Assembly (NCBI GenBank): GCA_963792585.1
Contig: CAWBWI010000001.1
Span: 704,001 to 768,000, forward strand
Reading direction: 5' to 3'
DNA length: 64,000 nucleotides
Source: Candidatus Eiseniibacteriota bacterium
Lineage (GTDB): Bacteria > Eisenbacteria > RBG-16-71-46 > CAIMUX01 > VGJL01
This document shows, one piece after another, positions 52,453 to 62,114 of the stretch. Every line of letters starts with the position of its first letter. The first letter of the stretch is position 1. The notes below the pieces were generated by a model. The model ran no database searches. It was not told the origin of the DNA and saw only the letters and a program-made list of their open reading frames with translations. A program made the translations under genes and the position numbers.

Positions 52453-55029
52453 GTGGGACCGCGTTTGAGACGGATTGCGTTGAATGCACTGGACGCGCTG
52501 CTCGTCAACGCCGCGATCCTGCTCGCCCTTCTGTTGCGTTTCGACGGCCATGTCCCCTCCGACTATCTGAGGGGCTATCTCGAGGTTTCCTACTTCGCAA
52601 CCATCGCGGCCCTGGTATTCCTGAACCTCTTCAAGGTTCACCGGACCCTCTGGAGATACGCCGGCGTGCCGACGGCGCTCGCCACGATCAACGCCCTCAC
52701 ACTCGCCTTCGCCGCGTTCTACGGCCTCAACCTCGCAATTCGCCCGCAGCCGCTGCCGCGCAGCGTGGTGATTCTCTCCTGGATCCTCTCGATCGGAGCC
52801 GTCCTTGGGATTCGCCTGTTGTGGAAGTCCCTGCGCCGCCCCGCGCGCCGGAACTCCCAAAGTGGACGGAGAATCCTCATCATCGGCGCGGGGGATGCCG
52901 GGGCGATGGTGGCGCGCGAGCTGGCGCGATCCCCGACCTACCCGGGACATCCCGTGGGCTTCGTCGACGACGATCCGAGGAAGCAGCGCTCCCGCATCGA
53001 GAGCCTGGAAGTCCTGGGCACGACATTCGATCTCCCCCGGTTGTTGTCGGAGAAGCAGATTGGAGAGGTGATCCTTTCGGCCCCGTCCGCGCCGACCCGC
53101 TTGATCCGCCAGGTCGTACGCGTGTGCCTCGATATGGGGGTGACCTGTCGAACCGTTCCTGCCCTCGCGGACTACATCGAGGGCAAGGGCGCCCTCGACC
53201 AGGTCCGCGAGGTGCAGATCGAGGACCTGCTCGGACGGGATCCGATCCAGCTCGACCTCCCGGGAATCCGGACCCGGGTGGCCGGCAAAACGGTGCTGGT
53301 CACCGGAGCGGGCGGCTCGATCGGTTCCGAGCTCTGCCGGCAACTCGCGCGCTTCTCCCCGGGCCGTCTGGTGTTGCTCGATCACAACGAGAACGGCTTG
53401 ACCTATCTGGGTCTCGAACTTCACGAGGCCTACCCGCGGCTCGACGTGCTGCTCGTGGTGGGGGACATCAAGGACGAGATCGGAATCCACGAGCTCTTCG
53501 CAGCGCAAAAGCCGCACCTCGTCTTTCATGCAGCGGCGCACAAGCATGTCAATCTGCTGGAGCGACGTCCCCGCGAGGCGATCCTCAACAACATCATGGG
53601 CACGCGCAACGTCGCGCGGGCCTGCGAGGCCGTCGAGGTCGAGACCCTGACGCTGATCTCGACCGACAAGGCAGTCAATCCTTCGAGCGTCATGGGCGCT
53701 TCAAAGCGCGTCTGCGAGATGATCGTCCAGGGAATGGCGGGGCGCGCGCACTCGACCATGGTGGCGGTCCGCTTCGGAAACGTGATCGGCTCGGAGGGCA
53801 GTGTCCTGCCAATCTTCCGACGCCAACTCGCGCGGGGCGGGCCTCTGACGGTCACCCATCCCGAGGCGAGAAGGTTCTTCATGACGATTCCCGAGGCGAG
53901 CCAGCTCGTCATTCAGGCGGCGTTGCTCGGGCAGTCGGGGGATGTCTTCCTGCTCGACATGGGAGAGCCCGTCCGGATCCTCGAGGTCGCCCGGCAACTG
54001 ATCCGCCTGAGCGGTCTCGAGCCCGATCGCGACGTGAGAATCGAGTTCATCGGGCTGCGACCGGGGGAGAAACTCGAGGAAGAGTTGCTCACGCAGATCG
54101 AGAGGACGCGGACGACCCGTCACTCGAAGATCTACAAGTGCGAGCTGGACGAGCTCGATCCGGTCTCCACCGAGCGTTCGATCGATGGATTGATCCATCT
54201 GGCCGCCCACGGCACGGCGGAAGAGATTCGCGCGGCCTTGCGCGGACTCGTGCGCGAATACAAGGAGGTAACGCCCGCTCCGCTTCCTGCAGGAAGCGCC
54301 ACGAGCGAGGAGAGCTTGCGTCCGACCGGACTCGCGCCCAGCATTCCCGAGCCGACGGGCAAACGGACGTTGGATGTCGTCGCGGCATCCGTGAGCCTTC
54401 TGCTCCTGGCGATTCCCGCCGGCCTTGCCTGGCTCCTGGTCCACGCCTCCGGTCCGGCCCAGGTCGTCTTCCAACCCGAGGAACGGATCGGGGCGAACCG
54501 CCGGCATGCGGATCGACGGAATCTCGGGGGCCGGGTCGGAATCGACCGACGGTACACGGAGCGGAGGAAACGCGGACTTCCGGGCAGGCCTTTCCTGACC
54601 TACCGGATCCGGCTCCAGGCCTCCGAACACGCCAGCCCGTTCCAGATTCGGCTCGCACGGTGGGTCGATGCTCTTCATCTCGATCGACTTCTCTACCTCT
54701 GGAGTGTCTTGCGCGGGGACATGAGCCTCGTCGGACCCTCGGCGCACCTCATCGACGGCGTGGCCTGGAAGCAGGATGCCATCAGCGCCTGGACGTTCGC
54801 GCGCCGGCCCGGCCTTACCGGCCCGTCCCAGATCCTGGGGGGCCAGGGAGAGGAAGTCATCCAGTATGATCGCTACTATGGTCGCCATGCGAATTGGCGG
54901 CTCGACATGGACGCGCTGCGCCAGGCCCTGCCTCGTCTCGTGCGCCGCCGTCCGAATGGTCCGGAACTGCACGAGCCTCCACTGGAGACTCGGACGGCAC
55001 AGGCCACGGGGGAAGGGGAGATCGGCTGA
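52453..55029 (+). CDS. CapD/PglF-like UDP-sugar 4,6-dehydratase fused to a degenerate sugar (phosphoglycosyl) transferase domain
   Basis: Four N-terminal TMs, IIGAGDAG, EDLLGR, VTGAGGSIGSEL, FHAAAHKHV, ISTDKAV, MGASKR, RFGNV.GS.GSV; C-terminal KRTLDV..LRGDMSLVGP..RPGLTG..Q..YDRYY. Confidence 0.9.
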   Translation: MGPRLRRIALNALDALLVNAAILLALLLRFDGHVPSDYLRGYLEVSYFATIAALVFLNLFKVHRTLWRYAGVPTALATINALTLAFAAFYGLNLAIRPQPLPRSVVILSWILSIGAVLGIRLLWKSLRRPARRNSQSGRRILIIGAGDAGAMVARELARSPTYPGHPVGFVDDDPRKQRSRIESLEVLGTTFDLPRLLSEKQIGEVILSAPSAPTRLIRQVVRVCLDMGVTCRTVPALADYIEGKGALDQVREVQIEDLLGRDPIQLDLPGIRTRVAGKTVLVTGAGGSIGSELCRQLARFSPGRLVLLDHNENGLTYLGLELHEAYPRLDVLLVVGDIKDEIGIHELFAAQKPHLVFHAAAHKHVNLLERRPREAILNNIMGTRNVARACEAVEVETLTLISTDKAVNPSSVMGASKRVCEMIVQGMAGRAHSTMVAVRFGNVIGSEGSVLPIFRRQLARGGPLTVTHPEARRFFMTIPEASQLVIQAALLGQSGDVFLLDMGEPVRILEVARQLIRLSGLEPDRDVRIEFIGLRPGEKLEEELLTQIERTRTTRHSKIYKCELDELDPVSTERSIDGLIHLAAHGTAEEIRAALRGLVREYKEVTPAPLPAGSATSEESLRPTGLAPSIPEPTGKRTLDVVAASVSLLLLAIPAGLAWLLVHASGPAQVVFQPEERIGANRRHADRRNLGGRVGIDRRYTERRKRGLPGRPFLTYRIRLQASEHASPFQIRLARWVDALHLDRLLYLWSVLRGDMSLVGPSAHLIDGVAWKQDAISAWTFARRPGLTGPSQILGGQGEEVIQYDRYYGRHANWRLDMDALRQALPRLVRRRPNGPELHEPPLETRTAQATGEGEIG

Positions 55030-55982
55030 TGTCTCTGAGAATCATCATGGCCTTCGTTTGTCTCGCCGCCTTGGCGGCGCCCGGCGCCGTTCACGCGGAT
55101 GGGGAATACCTGATCGGCGCCGGTGACGGGCTGAGCATCTCGGTCTGGGAACGGCCGGAATTGACGCGGAACGTGATCGTGCGGCAAAGCGGCGTGATCA
55201 CATACCCGCCGCTTGGCGACGTCACGGCATCCGGGATCACGAGCGCGGATTTGGCGAGAGACCTCGAGCGCAGGCTGAACGATTTCCTCAGACGTCCGAC
55301 GCAGGTGACAGTCGAGGTGGTCGCATTCAATAGCCAGTACGTGACCGTCGTCGGCGCCGTTGGGGCGCCGGGCCGATACAGCTTCGAGCGCCTTCCTGGT
55401 GTGCTCGAGGTCCTTGGCAGTGCGGGGGGCGGGGCTTTGGGCGCGGACATCAGCGGAGTTCAGATCTACAGGACCGAGGGCGGACGGCAGGTTGCGGTCC
55501 CGGTCGACCTCGCGGCGGCCATGCGCGACGGCAATCTGGCCGCGGTGCCGGCCCTGAAAGCAGGCGACGTCGTCTACGTGCCCGGGAGTGCGGCCGAGAT
55601 GGCCGGCGGGGCGAATGTTGCCTATGTGGTAGGAGACGTCGCCCGGCCGGGGGCTTACTCTGTCGGGAACGGCATGGACCTGATGAAGCTCGTCAGCCTC
55701 GCCGGCGGGACATTGCCGAACGCAGATCTGGCCGCGGTCGAGGTCGTCGCGCGTTCCGGTGAGGGAACGGGAGCCTTCATCGCGACCGTTGACCTGAAGC
55801 ACTACTTCGACGGTGGGCAGGCCGAGTTCTTGGTCCGCCCTGGAGACCTGGTCCGGGTGCCGGCTCGCGGACGAAGCATCGCCGGGGAGATCTTCTCGAC
55901 CACCAGCGGGTTGGCGGCGCTCTCGCAGTCGCTCCTGAACAGCCTGCTGATCACCGGCGCCATCCGGATCAACAACAGGTAG
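55029..55982 (+). CDS. Polysaccharide export protein (Wza/OPX-like, SLBB domains)
   Basis: YLIGAGD.L.I.VW..PEL...V...G.I..P.LG.V.A.G, V.G.V..PG.Y repeats. Confidence 0.88.
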   Translation: MSLRIIMAFVCLAALAAPGAVHADGEYLIGAGDGLSISVWERPELTRNVIVRQSGVITYPPLGDVTASGITSADLARDLERRLNDFLRRPTQVTVEVVAFNSQYVTVVGAVGAPGRYSFERLPGVLEVLGSAGGGALGADISGVQIYRTEGGRQVAVPVDLAAAMRDGNLAAVPALKAGDVVYVPGSAAEMAGGANVAYVVGDVARPGAYSVGNGMDLMKLVSLAGGTLPNADLAAVEVVARSGEGTGAFIATVDLKHYFDGGQAEFLVRPGDLVRVPARGRSIAGEIFSTTSGLAALSQSLLNSLLITGAIRINNR

Positions 55983-55999
55983 GAAGATAGGAAAATCCG

Positions 56000-58222
56000 A
56001 TGCCGATGCAGACTCCGACTTCATTCACGGAGGGACGGGACCTTCGAAGCGTGGCCGCGATGGTGTGGCGCCGAAAGTGGATCGTGGCGATCCCGACCAT
56101 CGCCGGACTTCTTACGGGTGTCGTTGTAGGGCTGCCCAAGATCCTGAAGCCGGTCTATCGCGCCCAGGCAGCCCTCCTGGTGGAATACCCGCAGCCGGTC
56201 AGCAGGAACCTCCAAGAAGTGATTCCCACTGCGGGTCTAACCGATCAGAAGGCGCGCCTCCAGTCGTTGATGCAGAGCAACGAGTTCCTCTTGAAGGTCG
56301 CTGAAGCCAGCGGCCTGCGCGGCGATCCCGGACTCCACAAGTGGGTCGCGAAGAGTCGCCGCCAGTATCGCGACATGTCCGACCAGGAACTCGAGGACCT
56401 GCAACTCACGAAGTGGCTTCGGACGCGCATGCTCGTGATGCCGGGTCGATCGGACAACACGATTCTGGTGAGGTACGACGACTACTACCCCGCGCAAGCG
56501 CAATTGGTCGTCCAGAACCTGACGAATGCGATCATCAAGGCGAACACCAGCGCCCAGCTCGACCGCGTTCGGGCCCTCTACGATTTCAGCGTGGATCAGC
56601 TCGCCGTCTATAAGCAGCGCCTGTCCGATGCGGAGAAGAAGCTCGAGGACTTTCAGCGGGGTGTAAGCGTCGACCGTAGTCGCACGAGCCTGATCGGACC
56701 GGCAAACGAGGCGGAGGCCCGTCGCCAGCGGGCTCAAGCGAACGACGAGCTGGCCCGCACGAGATCCCAACGCGACGCCCTGCGGTCGGCCGTGCAGACC
56801 CGCTCGCCGGAGGCGGCTGCGGAGCTTCGCGCCGGGGCGGGCGCCGGCTGGGCCGCGGCGACGCAGGAGATCCGCGACCTGGAGAGGCAGTACGCCGACG
56901 AGACGGTCGCACCGACCCCCGGACAGGGGAGCGAGTCCATCGCTCTTCAGATCGCGCGCAAGTTCCAGGAGATGGAAGGGATTGCCCGGCAGGTTGTCGC
57001 CCAACCCGGCCGCAACATTCCGGAAGCTCTGCGCGGCCAGGCCGTCGACCTCCTGCTCGCGGAGGCGAGAACGACGGGCATCGAATCGCGCATCGACGGC
57101 TATGACCGGCAGCTGGGCGACTACCAATCCCAGATCGCGGGGACGCCCCGCGAGGAGACGACCCTGAAGCGACTGGCGCAGGACGTGGAGACGAATCGAA
57201 CCCTCTACAACGCGTTCGTGCAACAGATCGCCGCAACACAGATCAGCCAGGCGTTCGAGGCGAACCAAGCGGGGATCCGGCTCACGATCCTGGAGCCGGC
57301 GTCGCGCCCGCTGGCCCCGATCAAGCCCAACCGTGTCGCGGTCGCCGTCCTGGGACTCGTCGTCGGCATGCTGCTCGGCATCGGCGGGTTGGTTCTGATC
57401 GAGCGCCACGACCAGACGTACCGGGATGCGCGCGAAGCGGAGCGATCTCTGGGGTTGCGCGTGTTGGGAACACTGCCGCAGCTCGAGACCGGACGGCGGC
57501 ACAAAGGAGACCGGCTCATCTGGACTCCGAAGCGGCTCGAGGCGTTCCTTCAGGATTCCCCCGCCTTCCAGGAGATGCGCCGGGTGGCGCTCCAGTTGCG
57601 CAACGACGAGGAGTCGCCCGTGCGGAGCCTGCTCGTGACGAGCGCCCGCGGCGGGGAGGGAAAGACGACGGCGTGCATCATGCTGGGCGCGGCCGTTGCC
57701 GCCGAGGAAGCGAAGGTACCGGTGTTGCTTGTCGACCTCGACTTCCGTCGGGCTTCGCTCGGGCGCTCGTTCGGCGTCGACAAGGAAGAGGGAGGACTCG
57801 TCAAGATTCTCGAGTCCCGCCGGTTCGACGAAGGGTGGCCGCAGAAGACGGGCGTCCCAAACCTCCACGTCCTGCCGCTCGGATGCCCTCCGATGCCTCG
57901 CAACGACCTGCTGACATTCGAGAACCTGTCGTGGCTCCTGCCGGAACTCACGCGGCGGTATGGGTTCGTCATCATCGATTCTCCACCGAACCTGCCGGTG
58001 CCCGATCCGCTCATCATCGGCCAGCTGGTCGACGCCGTGATTCTCGTGCTCAAGGCGGGAGGGACCCCCAGGCACATGGTCGAACGCGGGGTGGAGTTGC
58101 AGAAGCAGTTCACCGGAAACCTTCGTGGCCTCTTGATGAACAACGTCGATGAGACCATGCCGTACTACTACGACTACCGGCATTACGGGTACGCGAAGCA
58201 ACCCCGGTCGGAACAGGGCTAA
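56000..58222 (+). CDS. Polysaccharide co-polymerase / tyrosine autokinase (Wzc-like)
   Basis: WRRKW, coiled coils, P..P.KP, TSARGGEGKTT, VDLDFRR, IIDSPP, Tyr-rich tail PYYYDYRHYGY. Confidence 0.92.
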   Translation: MPMQTPTSFTEGRDLRSVAAMVWRRKWIVAIPTIAGLLTGVVVGLPKILKPVYRAQAALLVEYPQPVSRNLQEVIPTAGLTDQKARLQSLMQSNEFLLKVAEASGLRGDPGLHKWVAKSRRQYRDMSDQELEDLQLTKWLRTRMLVMPGRSDNTILVRYDDYYPAQAQLVVQNLTNAIIKANTSAQLDRVRALYDFSVDQLAVYKQRLSDAEKKLEDFQRGVSVDRSRTSLIGPANEAEARRQRAQANDELARTRSQRDALRSAVQTRSPEAAAELRAGAGAGWAAATQEIRDLERQYADETVAPTPGQGSESIALQIARKFQEMEGIARQVVAQPGRNIPEALRGQAVDLLLAEARTTGIESRIDGYDRQLGDYQSQIAGTPREETTLKRLAQDVETNRTLYNAFVQQIAATQISQAFEANQAGIRLTILEPASRPLAPIKPNRVAVAVLGLVVGMLLGIGGLVLIERHDQTYRDAREAERSLGLRVLGTLPQLETGRRHKGDRLIWTPKRLEAFLQDSPAFQEMRRVALQLRNDEESPVRSLLVTSARGGEGKTTACIMLGAAVAAEEAKVPVLLVDLDFRRASLGRSFGVDKEEGGLVKILESRRFDEGWPQKTGVPNLHVLPLGCPPMPRNDLLTFENLSWLLPELTRRYGFVIIDSPPNLPVPDPLIIGQLVDAVILVLKAGGTPRHMVERGVELQKQFTGNLRGLLMNNVDETMPYYYDYRHYGYAKQPRSEQG

Positions 58223-58242
58223 CGGATGAAACGGCGGATCCG

Positions 58243-59094
58243 ATGAGCGTCGCGGGGGTGCGCGGCGCGAATGACGTCGGAGGGCGGAATCTCCGCCTGG
58301 TGGGCTGGGCCATAGCCATTCTGGGACTCGCCCTGGCCTACAGCGGTACTGCCAAGATCCTGTTCCAGGTCTGGCGCCAAAATCAGAACTACTCGCACGG
58401 ATTCCTCATTCCTCCCGTGGCAGCTTGGTTGATTTGGAGGGAGCGGGCATATCTGCGCACCGCTGAGGGAGGCGGCTCGTGGCTGGGCATCCTCCTGCTG
58501 TTCCCCGCCCTGCTCCTGCAACTCGCCGGTTTGCGGGGCGACGTCGCGACCCTTCAGGGGATGTCGCTCATCCTGGCCGTCGCGGGTATCGTCCTGCAGT
58601 TGCGCGGACCGCGCGTCATGGCTCGAATCGCTTTTCCGATCGCCTTTCTCGTATTCATGATCCCAACCCTCCCGCTCTTCATGAACACGCTGAGCTTCAA
58701 GCTCAAGCTCCTCGCGGCTCGAGGAGCGATTTCGATCAGCCACGCGCTGGGGATCATGGTCCAGCGGGACGGGGTCAACCTGGTCTTCCCGGGCGGCGTG
58801 CTGAGCGTGGAGAACGCCTGCTCCGGCCTCCGATCGCTCGTCGCCTTGATGGCGCTCGGCGCGCTCTTTGCGTACTTGGCGCAGGGGCCGCTCTGGAAGC
58901 GGATTCTCCTCTTCGCGCTGGCCCTTCCGATCGCCGTGCTGGCGAATGTCATCCGCATCTCTGCGCTTTGCGTCTACGCGGGCATGGGAGACGTTCATGG
59001 GGCAGCGGGGCTGTTCCACGAGGTCGGGGGCTTCGCCCTCTTCGGAATCGCCTTCCTGTTGCTGCTCCTCTGCCGAAGGGTGCTCCGGTGCTAG
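58243..59094 (+). CDS. Exosortase (EpsH family)
   Basis: W....YSHGFLIP, VENACSGLRS (Cys), ANVIRI (Arg), FHE (His). Confidence 0.94.
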   Translation: MSVAGVRGANDVGGRNLRLVGWAIAILGLALAYSGTAKILFQVWRQNQNYSHGFLIPPVAAWLIWRERAYLRTAEGGGSWLGILLLFPALLLQLAGLRGDVATLQGMSLILAVAGIVLQLRGPRVMARIAFPIAFLVFMIPTLPLFMNTLSFKLKLLAARGAISISHALGIMVQRDGVNLVFPGGVLSVENACSGLRSLVALMALGALFAYLAQGPLWKRILLFALALPIAVLANVIRISALCVYAGMGDVHGAAGLFHEVGGFALFGIAFLLLLLCRRVLRC

Positions 59095-59714
59095 CCCGCG
59101 CGGCCCGCATTCTCGCCCCCGGTCTCCTGCTCTGCCTCCTCGGGGCCTATCGCGTGGCGTTTCCTCCCACACCAGGCGCGGAGAGCCACCTGAGAGAGTT
59201 GCCGATGGTCCTGCTCGGCCTTCCCGGAACCGACGTACCCGCAGACCGGGCGATTCTGGACGACCTCGAGTCGAGCGACATGTTGATTCGGGATTACCGA
59301 CGGCCGGACGGCAATCCCGTCTGGGTCGTCCTGATCTACTTCGTGAATACACGCCTCGGGGGTCACGACCCGCAGCTCTGCTACCGGAGTCAGGGATTTC
59401 ACACGTCGGACTTGCCCGACCTGCGAGTCCCGGGTGGAATGTCGGGTCTGGTGGCGGAGAGCTTCCTGGCGAGTAAGGCCGGGCGTGCAGAGCGTGTGGC
59501 AACCTTCTGGTATGCCCCCGGCGGTAGGATCCTGCCGGACGTCGAGCAGTATCGTGGGCGGCTCTTTCTGCAGGGCCTTCGAGAGAATCGTACCTACGGC
59601 GTCTTCGTCCGGATCTCGACGATTGAGACTCCGCGGGCGGGTGAGGCCGAAGAGTGGAACGCCCGGTTCGCCGCGGAGCTTGCGCGGCGGCTCCCGGGCT
59701 TGATCCGGGAATAG
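59088..59714 (+). CDS. EpsI family exosortase-associated protein
   Basis: L.ELP..L...G.D, R.Y..P, HDPQLCY.SQG, FWY, FVRIS; follows the exosortase. Confidence 0.85.
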   Translation: MLARAARILAPGLLLCLLGAYRVAFPPTPGAESHLRELPMVLLGLPGTDVPADRAILDDLESSDMLIRDYRRPDGNPVWVVLIYFVNTRLGGHDPQLCYRSQGFHTSDLPDLRVPGGMSGLVAESFLASKAGRAERVATFWYAPGGRILPDVEQYRGRLFLQGLRENRTYGVFVRISTIETPRAGEAEEWNARFAAELARRLPGLIRE

Positions 59715-59726
59715 GGAGGTCCATGG

Positions 59727-60563
59727 ATGGGCCAGATCAGTCTTCTTCTCTGGTCGTGGATCGAGACGACACGCAGCTTCACGCGAGGACGCTTGTGGAT
59801 GCCGATACTCGCGTTCAGCATCGCGCAGTGGATCGGTCTGCTTGCCATCACGCAGTTCCACCGGCCCCTGCTCGCGCCGGTGCTCGTACCGCTCTTCCGG
59901 ATGATCTTCGGGGACGCGATCCTGCACTACCCGAACTTCTATCTAGGTCTGTATGACATCTACGGCACCGTAAGCATCGTTCTCGACCTCCTGCTCTGGT
60001 CCTGGCTGCAGGGCGCCGCGTTTCTCGCCGTATGGCAGGCCGACCGACCCGCAGAGCCCGGCCGCGGGGCATTCGGTCGGTCCAAGGCCGCCTACGGGAA
60101 GCTATTCCTGGTGCGCCTCTGTCTGGACGGCCTCCTGATCATCCTGCTCGTCTTTGGAAGGCGTCTCATCGTGGGTGCGGGACCTGAAGTATCGGGCGGT
60201 AGCTTGCGGATGTTCCGCTACGGCTCGATCTTGATCGGCTCGCTCCTCGAATCGCTACTGGTCTACGCGCCCCTGGCGATTCTGATCGAGAACCGCGGGG
60301 TGTTCTCCGGAATCCGTCGCAGCCTCCGTCTTGGATGGAAGGCGCCGATCGCGACGTTCATGGTCGTCCTTGCCCCGAACCTTCTGCAGGTCCCCGCGGG
60401 AGCCGTCTTTCGCAGGAGCGATTCGATCATCGTGAACATGGCTCCCGAGGTCGTCGGCTGGCTGATGGCCCTCTGGATCGCTGTTTACGGCGTCTCGCTC
60501 TTCTATCTGGTGGGCGCGGCCACCCGACTCTTCCGGGTGCGAACGGAGGCCGCCGATGTCTAG
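59727..60563 (+). CDS. Hypothetical polytopic membrane protein
   Basis: Several hydrophobic helices; RBS GGGAGG; coupled to neighbours. Confidence 0.7.
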   Translation: MGQISLLLWSWIETTRSFTRGRLWMPILAFSIAQWIGLLAITQFHRPLLAPVLVPLFRMIFGDAILHYPNFYLGLYDIYGTVSIVLDLLLWSWLQGAAFLAVWQADRPAEPGRGAFGRSKAAYGKLFLVRLCLDGLLIILLVFGRRLIVGAGPEVSGGSLRMFRYGSILIGSLLESLLVYAPLAILIENRGVFSGIRRSLRLGWKAPIATFMVVLAPNLLQVPAGAVFRRSDSIIVNMAPEVVGWLMALWIAVYGVSLFYLVGAATRLFRVRTEAADV

Positions 60564-62094
60564 GAGATTCCGCATGCGAAGGGTCTACCGCACGTTTTGC
60601 CCGGGGTTGCTGCTCATCTCGCTGACGCTCGTCTCTTGCGGAGAGAGCCCGGTGACGCGCCGTTATCGAATCGAACGCGACATGCTTCGCGCCAGCCGGA
60701 TGGATCGCCAGCTGCAGATCAGGTCGGATGCGCCGCCCACCCCCGAGCGCGCGCGCGAAATCCTCAAAACGTACGAGCGTGTCCTGTCGCGAAACCCCCT
60801 CCCGACCGGGACGGCTCCGGCCGACACGGTCATCATCCACGAGATCGGGCGGATCCGAGCCGGAGCGGAACTGCGGGTTGTCGACCTGCAACGCTTCCTC
60901 GGAGATACGACGGCAGTGCGCCAGCGCCTGGAGGAGGGAGCAAGGGCCTACTCCTGGGACAATGCTCTCTCGCTCACATACCGCCGTGCGCTCATCGAGG
61001 AGTCGCTCGCCCGCGGCGACGGCGGGAAGGCCGTCCGTCTCTACCAGGCCATGGCCGCCGATCTTCCCGCAAGGGGTCCCGCGGGCCGACCGGTCATCGA
61101 GGTCTTGCAGGCGCCCATTCGCGCTGCGGATCTTCTGAACCAGATGGGATTCCAAGACGAGGCGTTCGCGGAGTTGGACCGCGCGGAGGTCTATTACCGG
61201 GATCTCATCGGCGACTCGCCGCGTGACGTGACCGCCGCCTGGTCGTGGCTCCAGATCGCGGAGGCGTCGCGCCGGCGGAGCAATCTGAGCAAGGCGGCGG
61301 ATGCCCTCGTCCAGGCGAGAAGGGCCGCCGCGGGTGATTCGCTCCTCGAGCCCAGCATCTTGCTCAGCCTTGGCGTCCTGTTGCAGGAGGGCAAGAGAGA
61401 CATGCCGGCCGCCATCGCGAGCTATGCCGAACTGAGGCGTTCGTTCCCCGCGCGCCGGGAACTCGCTGCGGAGGCGATGTGGCGCGAAGCGGCCTGTCAG
61501 GGAGAACTGAAGCGTTACGACCAAGCCCTGGCGATGATCGACACCCTCGAGTCGCGCTTCCCACGCGATCGGGTGAATATCGCCCGGGGACGGCTGATCG
61601 GCGCCCGGGTCCTGAGCCAGGAAGGGAGATGGCAGGAAGCCCAGTCGCGGTACCGATCCCTTCAAGCGGATTACCCGGAAAGCCCGGAAGCCCTCAGCGC
61701 TCCGTTCGAGGTCGCGGCGCACTACGCCGAGCAGGGGGAGATGGAAGCGGTCCGCACGACCCTGCAGCGCGCGATCGACGACTATCGGAGACTCGTGGAG
61801 GATCCGACGACCTCCGATCAGACGCGCCGTCGTGCGGCCGAGATCGCCGTCAGCGCCCTCGTCAGGCTGGAGCGCTGGGCGGACGCCGCCGCGCAGATCG
61901 TCTCGAACGTCAAACGCTTCCCGCGCGACCCGCGCAATCCTCAAGCACTCATCCAGGCTGCGGCAATCTACAAGGAGCGCCTGAGCGATCCGGCGCGCGC
62001 CGCGGACCTGCTCGAGCAGATGGCGACGGATTACCCCGGGTCCCCCCTCGCCGGCAAGGCACGCGAGGAAGCCGGGCGGCTTCGGGGACAATGA
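60556..62094 (+). CDS. TPR-repeat lipoprotein
   Basis: Lipobox LVS-C; repeated Y..L...YP.S and YPGSPLA..A TPR turns. Confidence 0.8.
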   Translation: MSRRFRMRRVYRTFCPGLLLISLTLVSCGESPVTRRYRIERDMLRASRMDRQLQIRSDAPPTPERAREILKTYERVLSRNPLPTGTAPADTVIIHEIGRIRAGAELRVVDLQRFLGDTTAVRQRLEEGARAYSWDNALSLTYRRALIEESLARGDGGKAVRLYQAMAADLPARGPAGRPVIEVLQAPIRAADLLNQMGFQDEAFAELDRAEVYYRDLIGDSPRDVTAAWSWLQIAEASRRRSNLSKAADALVQARRAAAGDSLLEPSILLSLGVLLQEGKRDMPAAIASYAELRRSFPARRELAAEAMWREAACQGELKRYDQALAMIDTLESRFPRDRVNIARGRLIGARVLSQEGRWQEAQSRYRSLQADYPESPEALSAPFEVAAHYAEQGEMEAVRTTLQRAIDDYRRLVEDPTTSDQTRRRAAEIAVSALVRLERWADAAAQIVSNVKRFPRDPRNPQALIQAAAIYKERLSDPARAADLLEQMATDYPGSPLAGKAREEAGRLRGQ

Positions 62095-62114
62095 CCCCGG
62101 ACGCTCGCTAGGAC

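Noticed and set aside
52449..58201. Long alternative-frame or antisense ORFs (52449..54869, 56237..58201 and similar)
   Set aside because: Shadow ORFs typical of high-GC DNA, lacking motifs and overlapping well-supported genes
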